Notes: generated by a model from the letters alone, not told the origin. DNA of 64,000 nt from Octopus vulgaris (GCA_951406725.2 OX597825.1:84320001-84384000); one strand, 5' to 3'. Positions 1 through 13,944 are shown, counted from the stretch's first letter. Numbers and translations: made by a program.

Positions 1-4
1 AATT

Positions 5-215
5 CGCGTGGTCTCGTGGTTGGGGAGAGGAAATAAAGGTTTGAAATTGTGGTTTCGATTCCCAGGCAAGGCAGTTTGTTCTGTTCTTGAGCAAAGCATT
101 TCATTTCACATTGCATCGATGCATTCGGCTGTAAATGTGTACGGAGAGTGGCTGGAGGAGTGGGTACCCTTCAACCCTAGGATCGCAAGTGTCCCCGTTC
201 AGAGGGAAGAAATAC
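5..215 (+). mobile_element. Degenerate tRNA-derived SINE (family B)
   Basis: A-box-like TGGTCTCGTGG and B-box-like GTTTCGATTCC, then TTCTTGAGCAAAGCATTTCATTTCAC..GCTGTAAATG and GTCCCCGTTCAG; similar to copies at 14790, 36490 and 42628. Confidence 0.6.
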
Positions 216-300
216 AACACTGACGATGTGTCTAAGCGTTGCATCTGCACATCTGTATTGAACACCCTCACACACACATGCACACAAATACACACACACA

Positions 301-354
<54 letters not shown>

Positions 355-843
355 TGTATGTCATTATTCAGTTTTATTTCTTGCCAATATAGAAAGAGTC
401 GGTTTCTAACCCAGATCCACGACTCCTTCATTGGAATTACAACATCAACAGGGTATGTATGTATGTGTGTATGTATGTATACCAGCAGATTTGTATTTTT
501 TTTTCTGTATGTCTTCTCAAGCGTATACTTGCATATAAAGATGTGTGTGACAGAGATAGAGACAACTTTTGTCTACACGATTCCACTCAAAAATCATTGG
601 GAGGCTTTAGTCTCTGCTAGAATTCACTTTTTCAATTTGGACCGAGAAATGGGATCCAGCCGGGTTCCTCGTCAACTCCATTAGCACACAGGTATTTTAT
701 TTGACGTCTTTCAACAAACAATCTCATCAATTTCCGTGTACTGATAAAGTACATGTGAGGGTTATGTTTTCTATTGTAAAGGTTATGATTTTCGTTTCTG
801 TTCATTTAATATTTGAGTGGCACGAGAACGAGAAAAAGACAGA

Positions 844-1665
<822 letters not shown>

Positions 1666-2131
1666 AAAGGCTATATCTGTTCCATCACTTTCTCTCTTTG
1701 CCCCTCTTCTTTTCAGTTATTTTATTCCTGGGAAGGAAAGACGTTTAGGAATATGGAAAGCGGAATGATGGAGTAATTAATGAGAATTGTAGAGAATAAA
1801 TCTCAGCCGAACACTATCCAAACGCCATATTGTTTACCCCTCCTATTTTTCATTATCCCTCTTTCACCCCCTCCTTCTTAACTTCCCTCTAACTTTCTTT
1901 CCCTTACTATGTCACTCTCTCTACCCCACTCCCTGCTATACCTCTCTTTCTTACACTCCCTCTCTCAAAATATCTTTATATCTCTCACATACGATCACCT
2001 CTCCCGCATCCTCTTTTTGTTTCCCCCTTTCTCCCTCCCTCCATCTCATTTCCTATCCCTCGGTACTACGCTCTCCAACACTTCTTTTCTAAGCCTCACT
2101 CTCACTCATTCACTCACTCACTCACTCACCC

Positions 2132-2175
<44 letters not shown>

Positions 2176-2699
2176 TCTCCATCTAATTTTCCTTATTGCT
2201 CTCTTTTCTTTTTGTTTTCATGCCTTAAATCTAATTGTGTTTTCTTTTCAATTTGCACGAAACTTTTTACTCGGAAAACTATTTTCTTCAGCTGAACTCA
2301 GCAATATTTTTCTAATCTTATTCCATTCTGTTTCAAATTATTTTTCTCACATCTTTATGTCTGTCATTGATTTTCATGTTATTGGGCTTCTATGATTTGC
2401 TCCAACTTAAATATGCTCTACTTTCCACGGAAAACAACACACAGCTACCTTTAAACACTCAAAATTCGTTCAAAAGTAGGTTTCATCACATTTGTGCTTT
2501 TTTACTTTTCTTTAAAAGCAAAACAGAACAACTGCTGTTTGTATTACATATTTTGATCGTCTGCGTTTTAGAATTTGCAAAATATCATTAATTTATTTAT
2601 TTTTCAAATTGCTTATTCAATTGTTTTTAAAACTAGAACCTTCTTATGGTTAAACGATTTTTAGTTACTCTACGCTGCTCTTTTATCAGCACACATCAG

Positions 2700-3090
2700 C
2701 ACTGGCCACTTCCCAGGCCCACATTTCCACACCTACACATACACACACACACACACGTCAAGATCCCCAGCTCTTTTCTACACTCCCATACAAACTCTCT
2801 TATACACACGCACGCGCACCTTCGTTTTGATATCACCACACCGTGTTATATCCCCTTCTCCTTAGCTCTCCTGTGTGACCCTTCTGTCCGGCCTTCGCCG
2901 TGATAGATCGCTAGCCACTACACATTCTTCATTTTCTCTCCTTGTTTCTTTCTGTTTCCCTTTCTGTGGAAGAGCGTAGGCTCGAAACGTTAACGACTTT
3001 TTTACTTCCCGAGCGTAATAGTAATACATCTATTTGTAGTCTATACCACCTGTCTTCGTCTTTTTTTTGTGAATTCTTCCTATATATAAA
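2700..3090 (+). mobile_element. Probable Penelope-like terminal-repeat remnant with degenerate hammerhead motif
   Basis: CTGTGGA-A-GAGC-GTAG-GCTC-GAAACGTTA at 2964-2992; the segment ends in TATATATA. Confidence 0.5.
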
Positions 3091-3128
3091 TTTATTTTGT
3101 TTTTATATGAAGTGTGTAAACAAATCTG

Positions 3129-3330
3129 GGTAAAGTAAAACGTCACAGGAAAAAATGTCACAGAGGTTTTGTCCGGGAGCGGGGTTGTCCAAGGGAGTTT
3201 TGTCCTAGTGGGGTTTTGATCGGATCCAATAAATTAATTGTGACTTTTTTCCTGTGACTTTTTTCCTAGCCAAAATAGTAACTTTATTACCGTGACACTT
3301 TTTTTCTTGTGACTTTATTACCGGTCACCG
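3129..3330. mobile_element. MITE-like DNA transposon remnant with subterminal repeats
   Basis: GTCACAGGAAAAAA-type repeats on the left are mirrored by TGTGACTTTTTTCC repeats on the right; ends in ACCGGTCACCG. Confidence 0.5.
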
Positions 3331-3870
3331 TGCAAACGTGCTTTTAGTTTATTTTCCTTTGTAATTATTAGAAAATAATAAAAAAAACAGGTAAACCTAT
3401 CTTCAGATGGAAACTAATACACATTTCAAATACAAACGATACACAGTACTTCTTAACTCATTATTTACTCTAACAATTCTGAAAATTACGTTTAAACTGT
3501 CAGTGACACGTTCCAAAATCACACCACATGTCTTGCGTGTTCATTCATTATTCCTTACACACACACACACACACACTTCTTTTATCTTCTTGTTTTGGTC
3601 ATTGGATTGTGGCCAAGCTGGGGCAGTGCTTTGAAGGGTTTTACTCGATAAAATCGATCCCATTACTTAATCTTTATAATCTGTTATGGAGAGGTAACCA
3701 AACTCCATTCTCAGTGTCTGGAACCTTTTCTTGAAGTATACAAGTGCTACTTATAGATAATACGCTCAGTTAGAATGTGAAACTTGCTGGTTCTTGAGAT
3801 CTCTGTGAAAGACGCGGAATTGCTCGTATAAACCAAAGCAGCAACAATCACCAATAATAATGATTAAAAT

Positions 3871-3871
<1 letters not shown>

Positions 3872-3948
<77 letters not shown>

Positions 3949-3971
3949 ATAACAACAACAACAACAATAAC

Positions 3972-4053
<82 letters not shown>
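3872..4053. repeat. (AAT)n/(GAT)n microsatellite
   Basis: Directly visible. Confidence 0.95.
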
Positions 4054-4056
<3 letters not shown>

Positions 4057-4246
4057 GTTTCTAATTTTGGCAAAAGGCTGGAGATTTCATCGACTCCAGT
4101 ACTTAACTGATACTTATTTTATCGAGCTCGAAAGGACGAAAGGTTATGTCGAATTTGTCGGCATTTGAGCTCAGAACATAAGGACGGACGAAATGCCGCT
4201 AAGCATTTTGTCCGGTGTGATAACGATTCTGTTAGCGCACCGCCTT
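4054..4246 (-). mobile_element. SINE family A (GGCGGCGAGCTGGCAGAATCGTTAGC... type)
   Basis: Reverse-complement match to many other copies in the window (GAAATGCCGCTAAGCATTT, AACGATTCTG, CCGCCTT). Confidence 0.85.
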
Positions 4247-4268
4247 AATATAGCTTAATATTAAAGTA

Positions 4269-4490
4269 AAGGTAGCAAGCCGGCAGGATGATTACCGTTC
4301 CGGAAAAAAATGCTCAACGTCATTTCTTCCTACTTTATTTCTGAATTCAAATGCAGCCAGTGTCCAGTATCCCTTTCATCCTTTCCTGGTCGATAAAATA
4401 AGTACCAGTTGTGTACTGATGGTTGATGTAAATAACTTACCCACTCACCCGAAATTACAGGCCTTGTGCCAAGATGTGAAACCAGTATTA
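4269..4490 (+). mobile_element. SINE family A
   Basis: GAATTCAAAT..CCTTTCATCCTTTC..GTCGATAAAATAAGTACCAG..GGCCTTGTGCC. Confidence 0.8.
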
Positions 4491-6134
4491 ATTTTTAACT
4501 AATGATATTTTGTTATTTAGAAGGGAAGTTGTTCGTTGGAGGGCAAATGGAATTTGTAAGTTAATGGAATTAACTCTGTTTAGTATCATAAAATGAATTG
4601 ACTGACAGCCTTAGTTCCTCAAAATATTGATTCCTTTCAAGATATACCACAAGTTTATAGAGTCTTGTTTATGATACGGTGCATTAACCTACAATGATCT
4701 TATTGAAATCACGCGGCTTTAAGCAAGGAAAAGTAAAAGAGAATTTGTTATCTTTACACCAAATATTGGTAAATTGTAGCCATATGTAAAATATAAAATG
4801 GCTACAATTGGTAAAGGGATGGGTTAACTTGTACATTATGTTCTTCTTGCTGTGCGCTTATATTTCTTGCTTTTGGTATGATTGTACAGAAGTAAGCAGA
4901 GAATGAATGCATATATAAACAAGTTTGTGTGAAGAGTTAGCTCGACTTGTTAGTAATAGCAGCTAAATCATACTGTCAAATTAGATAATATCCTTTTAAA
5001 CTGAAAGGAAATGCTTGGGAAAGCCATAAGTGAAATGGGCAATTAGCTATTACCTCGTCAATCTGATAGACAAATCTTTAAGTGAGACAATTTGCAGCAC
5101 AAATTATATCGATGACGTTTTTCTCAATACAGGAAAAACATCGTTAAATATTAAAAATGACGAAGGCGATCAATATTAAATACGTTATTAATTAAAAGAG
5201 AAATAATCATATATCTGTAGCAGCAGTAGCCACAGTAGCAGCAACACACTACTTTCTTGATTCTTGTTGATTTCATCATAGAGAAACCAATTCAATGTTT
5301 GATCTATTAATCAAAGATACGAAAAGGATTTCTAAAGTAAACACATATATTTAATTATTGTTGTTTATTCCCAAATCGACATTCAGTCAGAACACAAAGA
5401 ATCTAATGGCATTGCAGCTGTGACCATCTCATAATATGTGGGGCCAAGTGTAACCTGGACTATATTATTCAATATACTCTATTTTTGTTTACCCTTTAGT
5501 CAGAAGTGTAAGCAGTCTTTAACAGGACCTCAGAAACTAATGGGTGGGTGGGGAGAGATAGAGAGATGTGGGAAGTACCAAACTGGGGAGCTGGCTTAAT
5601 TCATTTCTGTTCATCCATCGCCTTAGATTAGTTCTTTTATGTCACACCAGAAAAGAAGAAAGACAAATTTAACGCCGGTGGGATTTGAACTCAGATAGCT
5701 GCAACAAAAACCATGAAACATTTTGTTCGACGTCCTAAAAGTGACTTCACAGCTACTTGAGGCAGCTCAAGCATATATAGGCACACTCATTGAAATATCT
5801 ATTATAGCTCAAAGCATGCTGAGTCTAAAAATATCATGGATTGAAATCATTTGACACTATTTCTGTAGTATCAAGTAATTTGGGGAAGACAACACTTAGA
5901 TGTTGGCAAACTAAATGGCCTACAGTTAACGTGAAACATTCACCGCCGATATCACAATGACGTGGCTTCTCTCCTGCCTGGATAATTTTGTGAATTTCGA
6001 CCACAGGAATATTGCAACATGCTCGACAAGTGTATAATCAATCAGAAGGATTACACAAACCTCTCTGGTATTTTATTTTTATTATCCCAGGAAAGATAAA
6101 AGACCCAGTCAATTGAAGCGAGATTTGAACTCAG

Positions 6135-6416
6135 TATCCTTTCTACTATAGGCACGAGGCCTGAAATTTAAGGGGAGGGGACTAGTCAATTACATCGACC
6201 TCAGTGATTCAGTGGTACCTAATTTATCGACCCCAGTGATTCACTGGTACTTAATTTATCGACCCCAGTGATTCACTGGTACTTAATTTATCGACCCCTA
6301 AATGATGAAAGGCAAAGTCGACCTCGGTAGAATTTGAACTTAGAAGGTAGAGACGGGCGAAATATCACTAAGCATTTCGTGCAGTGTGTTAACGATTCTG
6401 CCAGCTCGCCGCCTTA
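6135..6416 (-). mobile_element. SINE family A, full length, with internal 32-bp tandem triplication
   Basis: AAAGGCAAAGTCGACCTCGG..ATTTGAACT..AACGATTCTGCCAGCTCGCCGCCTT; unit ATCGACCCCAGTGATTCACTGGTACTTAATTT starts at 6194, 6226 and 6258. Confidence 0.9.
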
Positions 6417-6874
6417 TTTGAACTCAGAATATTAAAGAATATAAAACGGAAGAACAATAAAATGGGTTGTCTGATGCGTTACCAATTAGACTAGTGTATT
6501 TGCCGTAAGATATTGTAAGTGTTAGCATCTCATTTCTTTCTCAGAGAACTACAGATTTGTGCGCAAATTATTTTTTCATTTTTTTATCTTTTACTTTTCC
6601 CTTCTCAAATTCAATTTGAAATTACATAAGTTTGTCTCGTACGAAATATTTTATTGAAAACACCAAAAAAGTATAATCCAGAAGCAAACAACTGCTGAAT
6701 TTTGTAGCAGATACGCAGGTAGAGAAATTACATTTCTTTTCATTAAGAAAAATATCTCGTAAAAAAAGATTCACATAAATAAGGTGAAGATATATATTGC
6801 GTTCTTACAACTACTGAACATGTTTTAGTGATGTTGAAGTCAGTGGGGATTTTGGAAAAACATCGATAGTGACA

Positions 6875-6953
6875 ACACACACACACACACACACAAACAT
6901 ACACCTATCTATATATGTATGTGTCTATATATATATATATGTATATATATATA

Positions 6954-7027
<74 letters not shown>

Positions 7028-7090
7028 TATATATATATACACACATCTATCAATATATATTTATATATGTGTCTATATATATTTATATAA

Positions 7091-7162
<72 letters not shown>

Positions 7163-7215
7163 CACAGACACGCACTTATATATACATACATACGTACATG
7201 CATATGTACATACAT
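6875..7215. repeat. (CA)n/(TA)n microsatellite
   Basis: Directly visible, just downstream of the splice donor. Confidence 0.95.
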
Positions 7216-7278
7216 ACATGAGTAAAATCAAATAACGAAAGAGACAAAAAGCCCAAAAGATATAAATGAAGAACTCAC

Positions 7279-7719
7279 CATATCGAAAATCTGTGTGAAT
7301 GTCAAACCCATTTTGACAACAACTGCCTTGGAGGCATTCTTAACTGGTCGGACCGATCTTTCATATCCCTTGAGGAGGTACGTCATCAGACGTTGTTCTT
7401 CGGTCATCTCCGGGGCTTTGAACGGGATGTCAGCATAATAATTATCATGGGGGCTGTTAGGATGGGTTTGACTGTTACTTCGTTGTGGCTGTTCATCAGA
7501 ATGATATTTTACTGACAGGCCTACAAGTTTAATAAGGAAAGAAACTGTTAGACAAAAAAGCTTGTGAAGAACACGCGAGAGTAAAAAGAAAAATGGAATA
7601 GGAAGATCAGTGACACAAACAGGAAAACAGCAACGAGTGAAAATAAATAATATATACATAAATAAGTAAAGACAAATGATTAACAAAAGATGGCCATCTT
7701 GATATTGTATTGTATTCAT
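7279..7719 (-). CDS. N-terminal coding exon of a nicotinic acetylcholine receptor (Cys-loop ligand-gated ion channel) subunit; partial gene continuing towards lower coordinates
   Basis: EEQRLMTYLLKGYERSVRPVKNASKAVVVKMGLTFTQIFDM matches the nAChR N-terminal helix, Y..(S)VRPV motif and beta1 strand, with an N-glycosylation site NAS. Followed by ATG|GTGAGT donor (7278-7273), the conserved intron position before DE(K/R)NQ. The 5' boundary is ambiguous: ATG at 7719, or acceptor TTGTAG|GC at 7520. Confidence 0.9.
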
Positions 7720-8152
7720 GAAACAAGTAATGTTTATAGAAATAAGAGGGAAAAAAAATCAAACTTTCACTCTGCCGAGCAAGTATAATAAAAATACTTT
7801 CAATTCTGAAGCATTCTTTTGACCAACAAGTGGATTTGCATTTGTATCATTAAAATAATCCCCATTTTTGTATTTTTATCATATGAATCTAGTCATTTTA
7901 ACAGTCCTCAAACTGCTTATGAATTAAGGTGTAATATCATATGAATAAAATAATATACAGACAGGTTGAAAGTAAGACACGTTAGTCTATAGAAATAGAA
8001 TATGTATTTGAGTCCATGGGGTTGTATTAAATATGTTATACTTTTAGTTTTACGACCTTTCATTTTCATGAAAAAATGGCAGCAGTAGCAGTTGTAGTAG
8101 TAGCAATGCCACCTTTGATATTGACGCCGACAGCGACGATGATGTGGACGAC

Positions 8153-8189
<37 letters not shown>

Positions 8190-8449
8190 TGATGATGATG
8201 ATGATGATGATGATAAGGACGACGACAACGACGATTATAGTGATTATGATGATGACGATCCTGTTGGTACCTGACAGCAGGTAAGCTCTACTCGAGAAGA
8301 TCGATGTTAGAGGGCGCTCCATTTGCAATCATTGCATCTTCGTGTATTTCAGAATGCGTATCGTCCAGTCAAGGACTGAAGGACGATACTATCGATTAAT
8401 TCCCTTCAATCAAAATTGATGTCCTTGTCTCAAATTCAGAAACCATTAC

Positions 8450-8645
8450 TGCGGCGAACAAAATGCTTACCAGTATTTCTACTGGTTCTTTATGTCCCTG
8501 GTTCAAATATTTCCGCGGCCGTGTTTTGCCTTTCATCTTTTCTGGGTCGATGAAATAGCTACCTAACAAGCAGTGGGGTCGAAGTAATCGATGAGACCCA
8601 TCTCCCCAAAATTCAGCCCTTATGCCTATTATAGAAATAATTATT
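8450..8645 (+). mobile_element. SINE family A, degenerate, with (ATT)n tail
   Basis: AAATGCTTA..GTTCAAAT..TTTGCCTTTCATC..GGGTCGAT. Confidence 0.75.
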
Positions 8646-8665
8646 ATTGTTTTTTTTTATTATTA

Positions 8666-8733
<68 letters not shown>

Positions 8734-8747
8734 GGTATTATTAATGA

Positions 8748-8950
8748 TGCAGCGAGCTAGCAGAATCGTTAACACGCGGGGCAAAATGCTTTGCAGTATT
8801 TCGCCCGTCGCTAGGTTCTGAGTTCAAATTCCCGCGCGGTCGACTTTGCCTTTCATCCTTGGGGATCGATAAGTTGAGTACTGCGGTCGATGTGATCGAC
8901 TGTGCCCCCCCCCTACAAAATCTAGGCCTTGTGGCTATACGAGAGAGAAT
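8748..8950 (+). mobile_element. SINE family A
   Basis: GCGAGCTAGCAGAATCGTTAACACG..GAGTTCAAATTCC..GTCGACTTTGCCTTTCATCC, with (ATT)n tail. Confidence 0.85.
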
Positions 8951-9775
8951 TATTATTATTATTATTATTATTATTGTTGTTGTTGTTGTTATTTACATAC
9001 AAGCAGAATGTACAAGGTAGCATTAGTAATTCGCTGGTTAAAGTGTATTAAAATACGTGGTTATATTCCTTTATCTTTCCAAATTTCTCCTAGTAAATTT
9101 TTACTTTAATCACTTCAATGGGATCGATAAATTAGATATCCAAGGACTAGCATGTTAATCTAATCGACCGAGGTTACTTTCAAAATTCCTGCTCTTTTGC
9201 CAGCCGAACCAATCAATATTCTAGCTGAAGGTTTTTTTCACTATATTATTCTCACTCAATCTTTCTTCCCGTCTGTAGTTCATCGTTTGTCTAACCTCAT
9301 TAAAGACGTTTCTTCACAGACGTCAATGTTAGCGCTTCCTGCGTTCCTTTAGGCATATCTTCTTGCAATCATTTTGAGATTTTGATATTTATCAAACTTT
9401 CATCTCACATTCTATTATCAGGAATTTTAGAAAATTATGTTAGCTTTTTTTTATTTCGACAATAACTACTGCCTCACGAGTTTAATTATCGAATGGAATA
9501 TAAATGTATCAAAGAATTTTAATGATGTCCACAGAAATTCTATGGAATTTAATTCATAGCAAGATATCCGTGAAATATGTTTATCTCCTTCTATGTATGT
9601 TCGGTACCAATTTCCTATCTTCTTTTACACAAATATACCACAGTTGCAGTGCTGCCATCTGCCTCCAACGTATTATAGTCCGTCCTTTTTGTCTGTGCGT
9701 GTAAAGATGTGTGTCAGTCTCAGGTTTTACATCTGTCATGAGACAATAAAGAATATATAGAGGAGAGAGGCGGTT

Positions 9776-9823
<48 letters not shown>

Positions 9824-10222
9824 GGGGGAGACAGAAAGAGAGTGATAGAGAGAGAGATGGAATCTCCAGTCTCAAACATACTCTCTATTTTATATTTTTT
9901 ATTTCAATGATTGGCTTATATGTATATTTCTTTATCCTTCAACCGTACTTTATCATAGAACTCTACTTTGCTGCGAAGATGTTTCTAACCATTTAACATT
10001 TCTGTTTCGACCAGAGTTTCTTGGCTTATAGTTGCTTACGATAAAGGAGTCTCTTTCTGTCCTATAAAAATTATTGACAGCGGGTATGTCGAATCCCAAT
10101 GATTGAAGGACAAATCAAACGTACAAAAATCGAACAAAATGGATTCCATACTTAGTTACAAGAAGTTATCTTTCCAAGTTCAAACCCTGCTTTCAAGGTC
10201 AAACTTTACCTTTTATCCTTCT

Positions 10223-10565
10223 GGTAAAGTAATTTACAAAACTTATTATCGGCAATACGTTGAGTGCAATTGGTACAACCAAACAGTGGTAAGTGAGCAA
10301 TACAACGGACTGCATCCATCCCACAATTTGAGGTCTTGTATCGATGTGAAAAACCAAAATTATGGCGGATTCCTATTGCCCCATATGACATTCGCTTCTG
10401 GGATCTTGAATAGACTTCTTGATTCTCCAGAGAGTCTCTCCATAAGTTCTTACATCAAATTTGCTTTCAATGTCAAAAGAAATCTATTCTCACCATTGCG
10501 TCACAGAACGTTTTGGGAATTGTTCTCAACGTATTGCTGATAAAAATTTGCGTAAACTACTTTCC
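10223..10565. mobile_element. MITE-like element bounded by ~48-bp imperfect inverted repeats
   Basis: 10223-10271 GGTAAAGTAATTTAC..TTATCGGCAATACGTTGAGTGCAATT versus the reverse complement of 10518-10565, GGAAAGTAGTTTAC..TTATCAGCAATACGTTGAGAACAATT. Confidence 0.6.
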
Positions 10566-12988
10566 TTTCACTTTCATTTTGGCATCACCGAAGACTGAGG
10601 TTTTGGAATCGATAAAAATACTTTACAATAAGTAATGTTATAAACTCCTTTTTACAGCTATCAAGACCTGTGGCGATTAAAAGAGAGTATTTGTTTCGAA
10701 AGTCAGATTAGCCAACCATCCAAATAGCCAGACACACAAATGAAAATAATTAGAGAATATTGTATAAAATATTCTTACTTGAAGAGTTAGAATTAAGAGC
10801 TGGATCACTTTTAAATCATCGTCTGAAAATGAAGACCCCGATTTTTATAGTTCCCTAAATAAAAAAACAGGACGATCACCAATGAAAACTGTTCATCCTG
10901 TGTCTTCCCTGTAAAGGGATAAACAAGAGAAATTCTTATTATCGGTTAATAATCGATTAGATTATATAATACGATGCTTGTTGTTTCAGATGATAAATAC
11001 ATGTTGGAGTATCTAAGAGAGGTTAATACTAAAATCTGTTGGGATTAACAGAGAATCCTGCCTCCCACAATGTAGAAATATTTCTCATGGCCCCTGTAGT
11101 TTGAACAGAAAATGGGTTGCTCTCGGTGATCGAGAGGGAGAAGATAGCGCTGGAACAGCTATTGTGATTTGCAGAGCTAGCACTTGCGGATAGCAAGGGC
11201 GTGGTCTGAGGGCTAAGAACGCCGGAGTGGAAACGGTCACGGGTTTAACCATAAATCTGTCGGAGAGCGACCGATACATTGCCAGTTTACTTTTCTCAGT
11301 TAGGAAAGATTTTATCATTCGGTAAAATCATCGGATTAATCTTTGGAATACCCACACTGTTACCATGGTGATCGGTGATTCTTGTTGAGGATTTTATTTT
11401 AAACGCAGTGCTCCAGTACGGCCACAGTCGACTGAGTGAAACCAATCAGAATGTAAAAGAGTTATTATTTAAACTTATGTTTATAAGAAATATTTATCAC
11501 ATACATAAAATCGATAAATAAAATATATGATTAAAGATATCGATCGTTTATAGTGTCACATCTATTGACTTTTCACCAGCAAATCGTATCTATTTTGGTA
11601 AACTGAAGAATCAATTAATTAGACGTCTCAAAGAGAAGCATAATATGATAACTGTATGTGATTTGAATCCATGATCTTTGGGTTGGTAACCCAATTAAAT
11701 GTTTGTCTGGTTCATTATATATTTTCTGTTAGCGGCAGACATATTTCGAGCAAGAAATATATTAAGTCTACTCAAATTAGGGAAGCTTCGTTGTGGTCAC
11801 CTGAATTGCTGGAAACAACAGCAGAACACGTTTCATATGATATCCGATGGCATTAAGAAATGAAAGGCCTATATTAATAATGGAATCCCTTGATGCACAA
11901 TGCTAAAAAGGATGTCCTTGCCATTGTGCATGGAATATATTTTGATCTTTAGTGATGGGTTATTAAATCGGAATTCATTAATCAATAACATTAAATCTTT
12001 AGTCATAGAATATTCACTCAGAACTGATCAGCGTTTAAAAAGTAGGCACATTTAGTCATAAGTTATTGATTGGTGAAGTGGTAGTATTGAGTACTACACA
12101 AATCTGGGTAACATTTGGTTGGAATAAGATCAGTAAGAGATTGCAATGCTTGTATAATATTCACACAGTCACACAGTTGCACCTATCATCTAGCATTAAA
12201 AATTTTTTATAATCAATCCCACGAGTTCTCTCCCATTTAACTTTGGACATTATTTTCATTAACTTTAATAATGCTTTTATGACTGCGGCTATAAATATTA
12301 ATTATTTATTAAAACTATTAACTGCTCTCGTAAAAAGAAAAAAAAGCTGACGCTATATTTTGTGGTACATTTTCCAGTAACCCCAAATTAGTTCATGACA
12401 ATATATATCTTTAAACTCCTGTTATTTTCCCCCCTCTCTATCTATTTTTCTCTTTCCGAATCCTCACTCCATTCTTCGTTCTCTACCACTCCTTCTCATC
12501 TCTTCTATTTCTTTTTCTCTCTTACCTTTTCCTTTTCTCTCTCTCAATTTCGCTCTTTCCCACTCTCTGCATCTCTCTCAATTCCGTAAGCACGTATGAA
12601 ATGACTGTTTAGTCAACATGATAAGCTCGTAGTGTGTGTGCTAGATCCAAGTTTACCAAGGTTGGGCTGCAAACTCACTGGATTTTCAGATTAGCTTAAC
12701 AGGGAATGAGATTAAGATGTCCTGGGAAGGAGATTTGATGGGTTGAAGAATTGCTGAGTCATTCATTTGTTAGCGGTTCGAGGTGGTGGGCCAGGAAAGA
12801 AGGGTGCGATAGGATTTTAGTAATACTGCGTCATACATCTGTGTATTTGCACCCACAGATACACCCCTGCACATATATGCATAAATCCATGCATACATAA
12901 CATATACATACATATTCACATACAGATAGATATATATGTATATCCATATGCAAATAAATATATACCTACATGCAAACATACATATATT

Positions 12989-13019
<31 letters not shown>

Positions 13020-13026
13020 TTGCATA

Positions 13027-13425
13027 GGCGCAGGCGTGGCTATGTGGTAAGGGTCTTCCTTCCCAACCACAGGGTTCCGGGTTCGTCCCACTGCATGGTA
13101 CCTTGGGCAAGTGTCTTCTGCTATAGCCTCGGGCCGACCAAAGCCATGCGATTGGATTTGGTAGACGGAAACTGAAAGAAACCCGTTGTATATGTTTATA
13201 TGTATATGTTTATATGTGCGTCTATGTTTGCCCTCCCCTTCAATCGTTTGAAAGCCGATGTTGGTGTGTTTAAGTCTCCGTAACTAAGCGGTTCAGCAAT
13301 AAGTGACCGAAGGAATAGGTACTAAGCTTACAAAATATAAGTCCATGGGTTAGTTTATTCTACTAAAGGCGGTGCCCCAGCATGGCCGCAGTTAGATGAC
13401 TGAAACAAGAGCGGGATTAAAAGAA
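13027..13425 (+). mobile_element. Full-length CORE-type tRNA SINE (octopus OR-like)
   Basis: A box TGGCTATGTGG, B-box-like GGGTTCGTCCC, CORE motif ACCTTGGGCAAGT, 3' GGCGGTGCCCCAGCATGGCCGCAGT..GACTGAAACAAG. Confidence 0.85.
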
Positions 13426-13668
13426 TATATATATATATATACATACATACACCCATTCATATATATATGCATGCATATATACATACATACATATATATAC
13501 ACGCACACACACATGCTATACATACACTCGTTCAAAGACATACATACATACATTTACATTTTTTCTAATAATGCCACCTGACTACACAGTTTTGATATAG
13601 ACGAGAAAAAATAAATATTTGTATGATCTTGTAGTAAGTCAGGTTTCTTAGAATTGTCGATGATAAAT

Positions 13669-13669
<1 letters not shown>

Positions 13670-13765
<96 letters not shown>

Positions 13766-13766
13766 A

Positions 13767-13838
<72 letters not shown>

Positions 13839-13859
13839 GCATATATATATATATATATC

Positions 13860-13944
<85 letters not shown>

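Noticed and set aside
6194-6298. CRISPR-like 32-bp palindromic repeats
   Set aside because: No spacers, lies within a SINE, eukaryotic context, no cas genes
10103-10540. 145-aa ORF, and an antisense 'SFDIES' RT-like motif
   Set aside because: No coherent homology; the region is better explained by an inverted-repeat element
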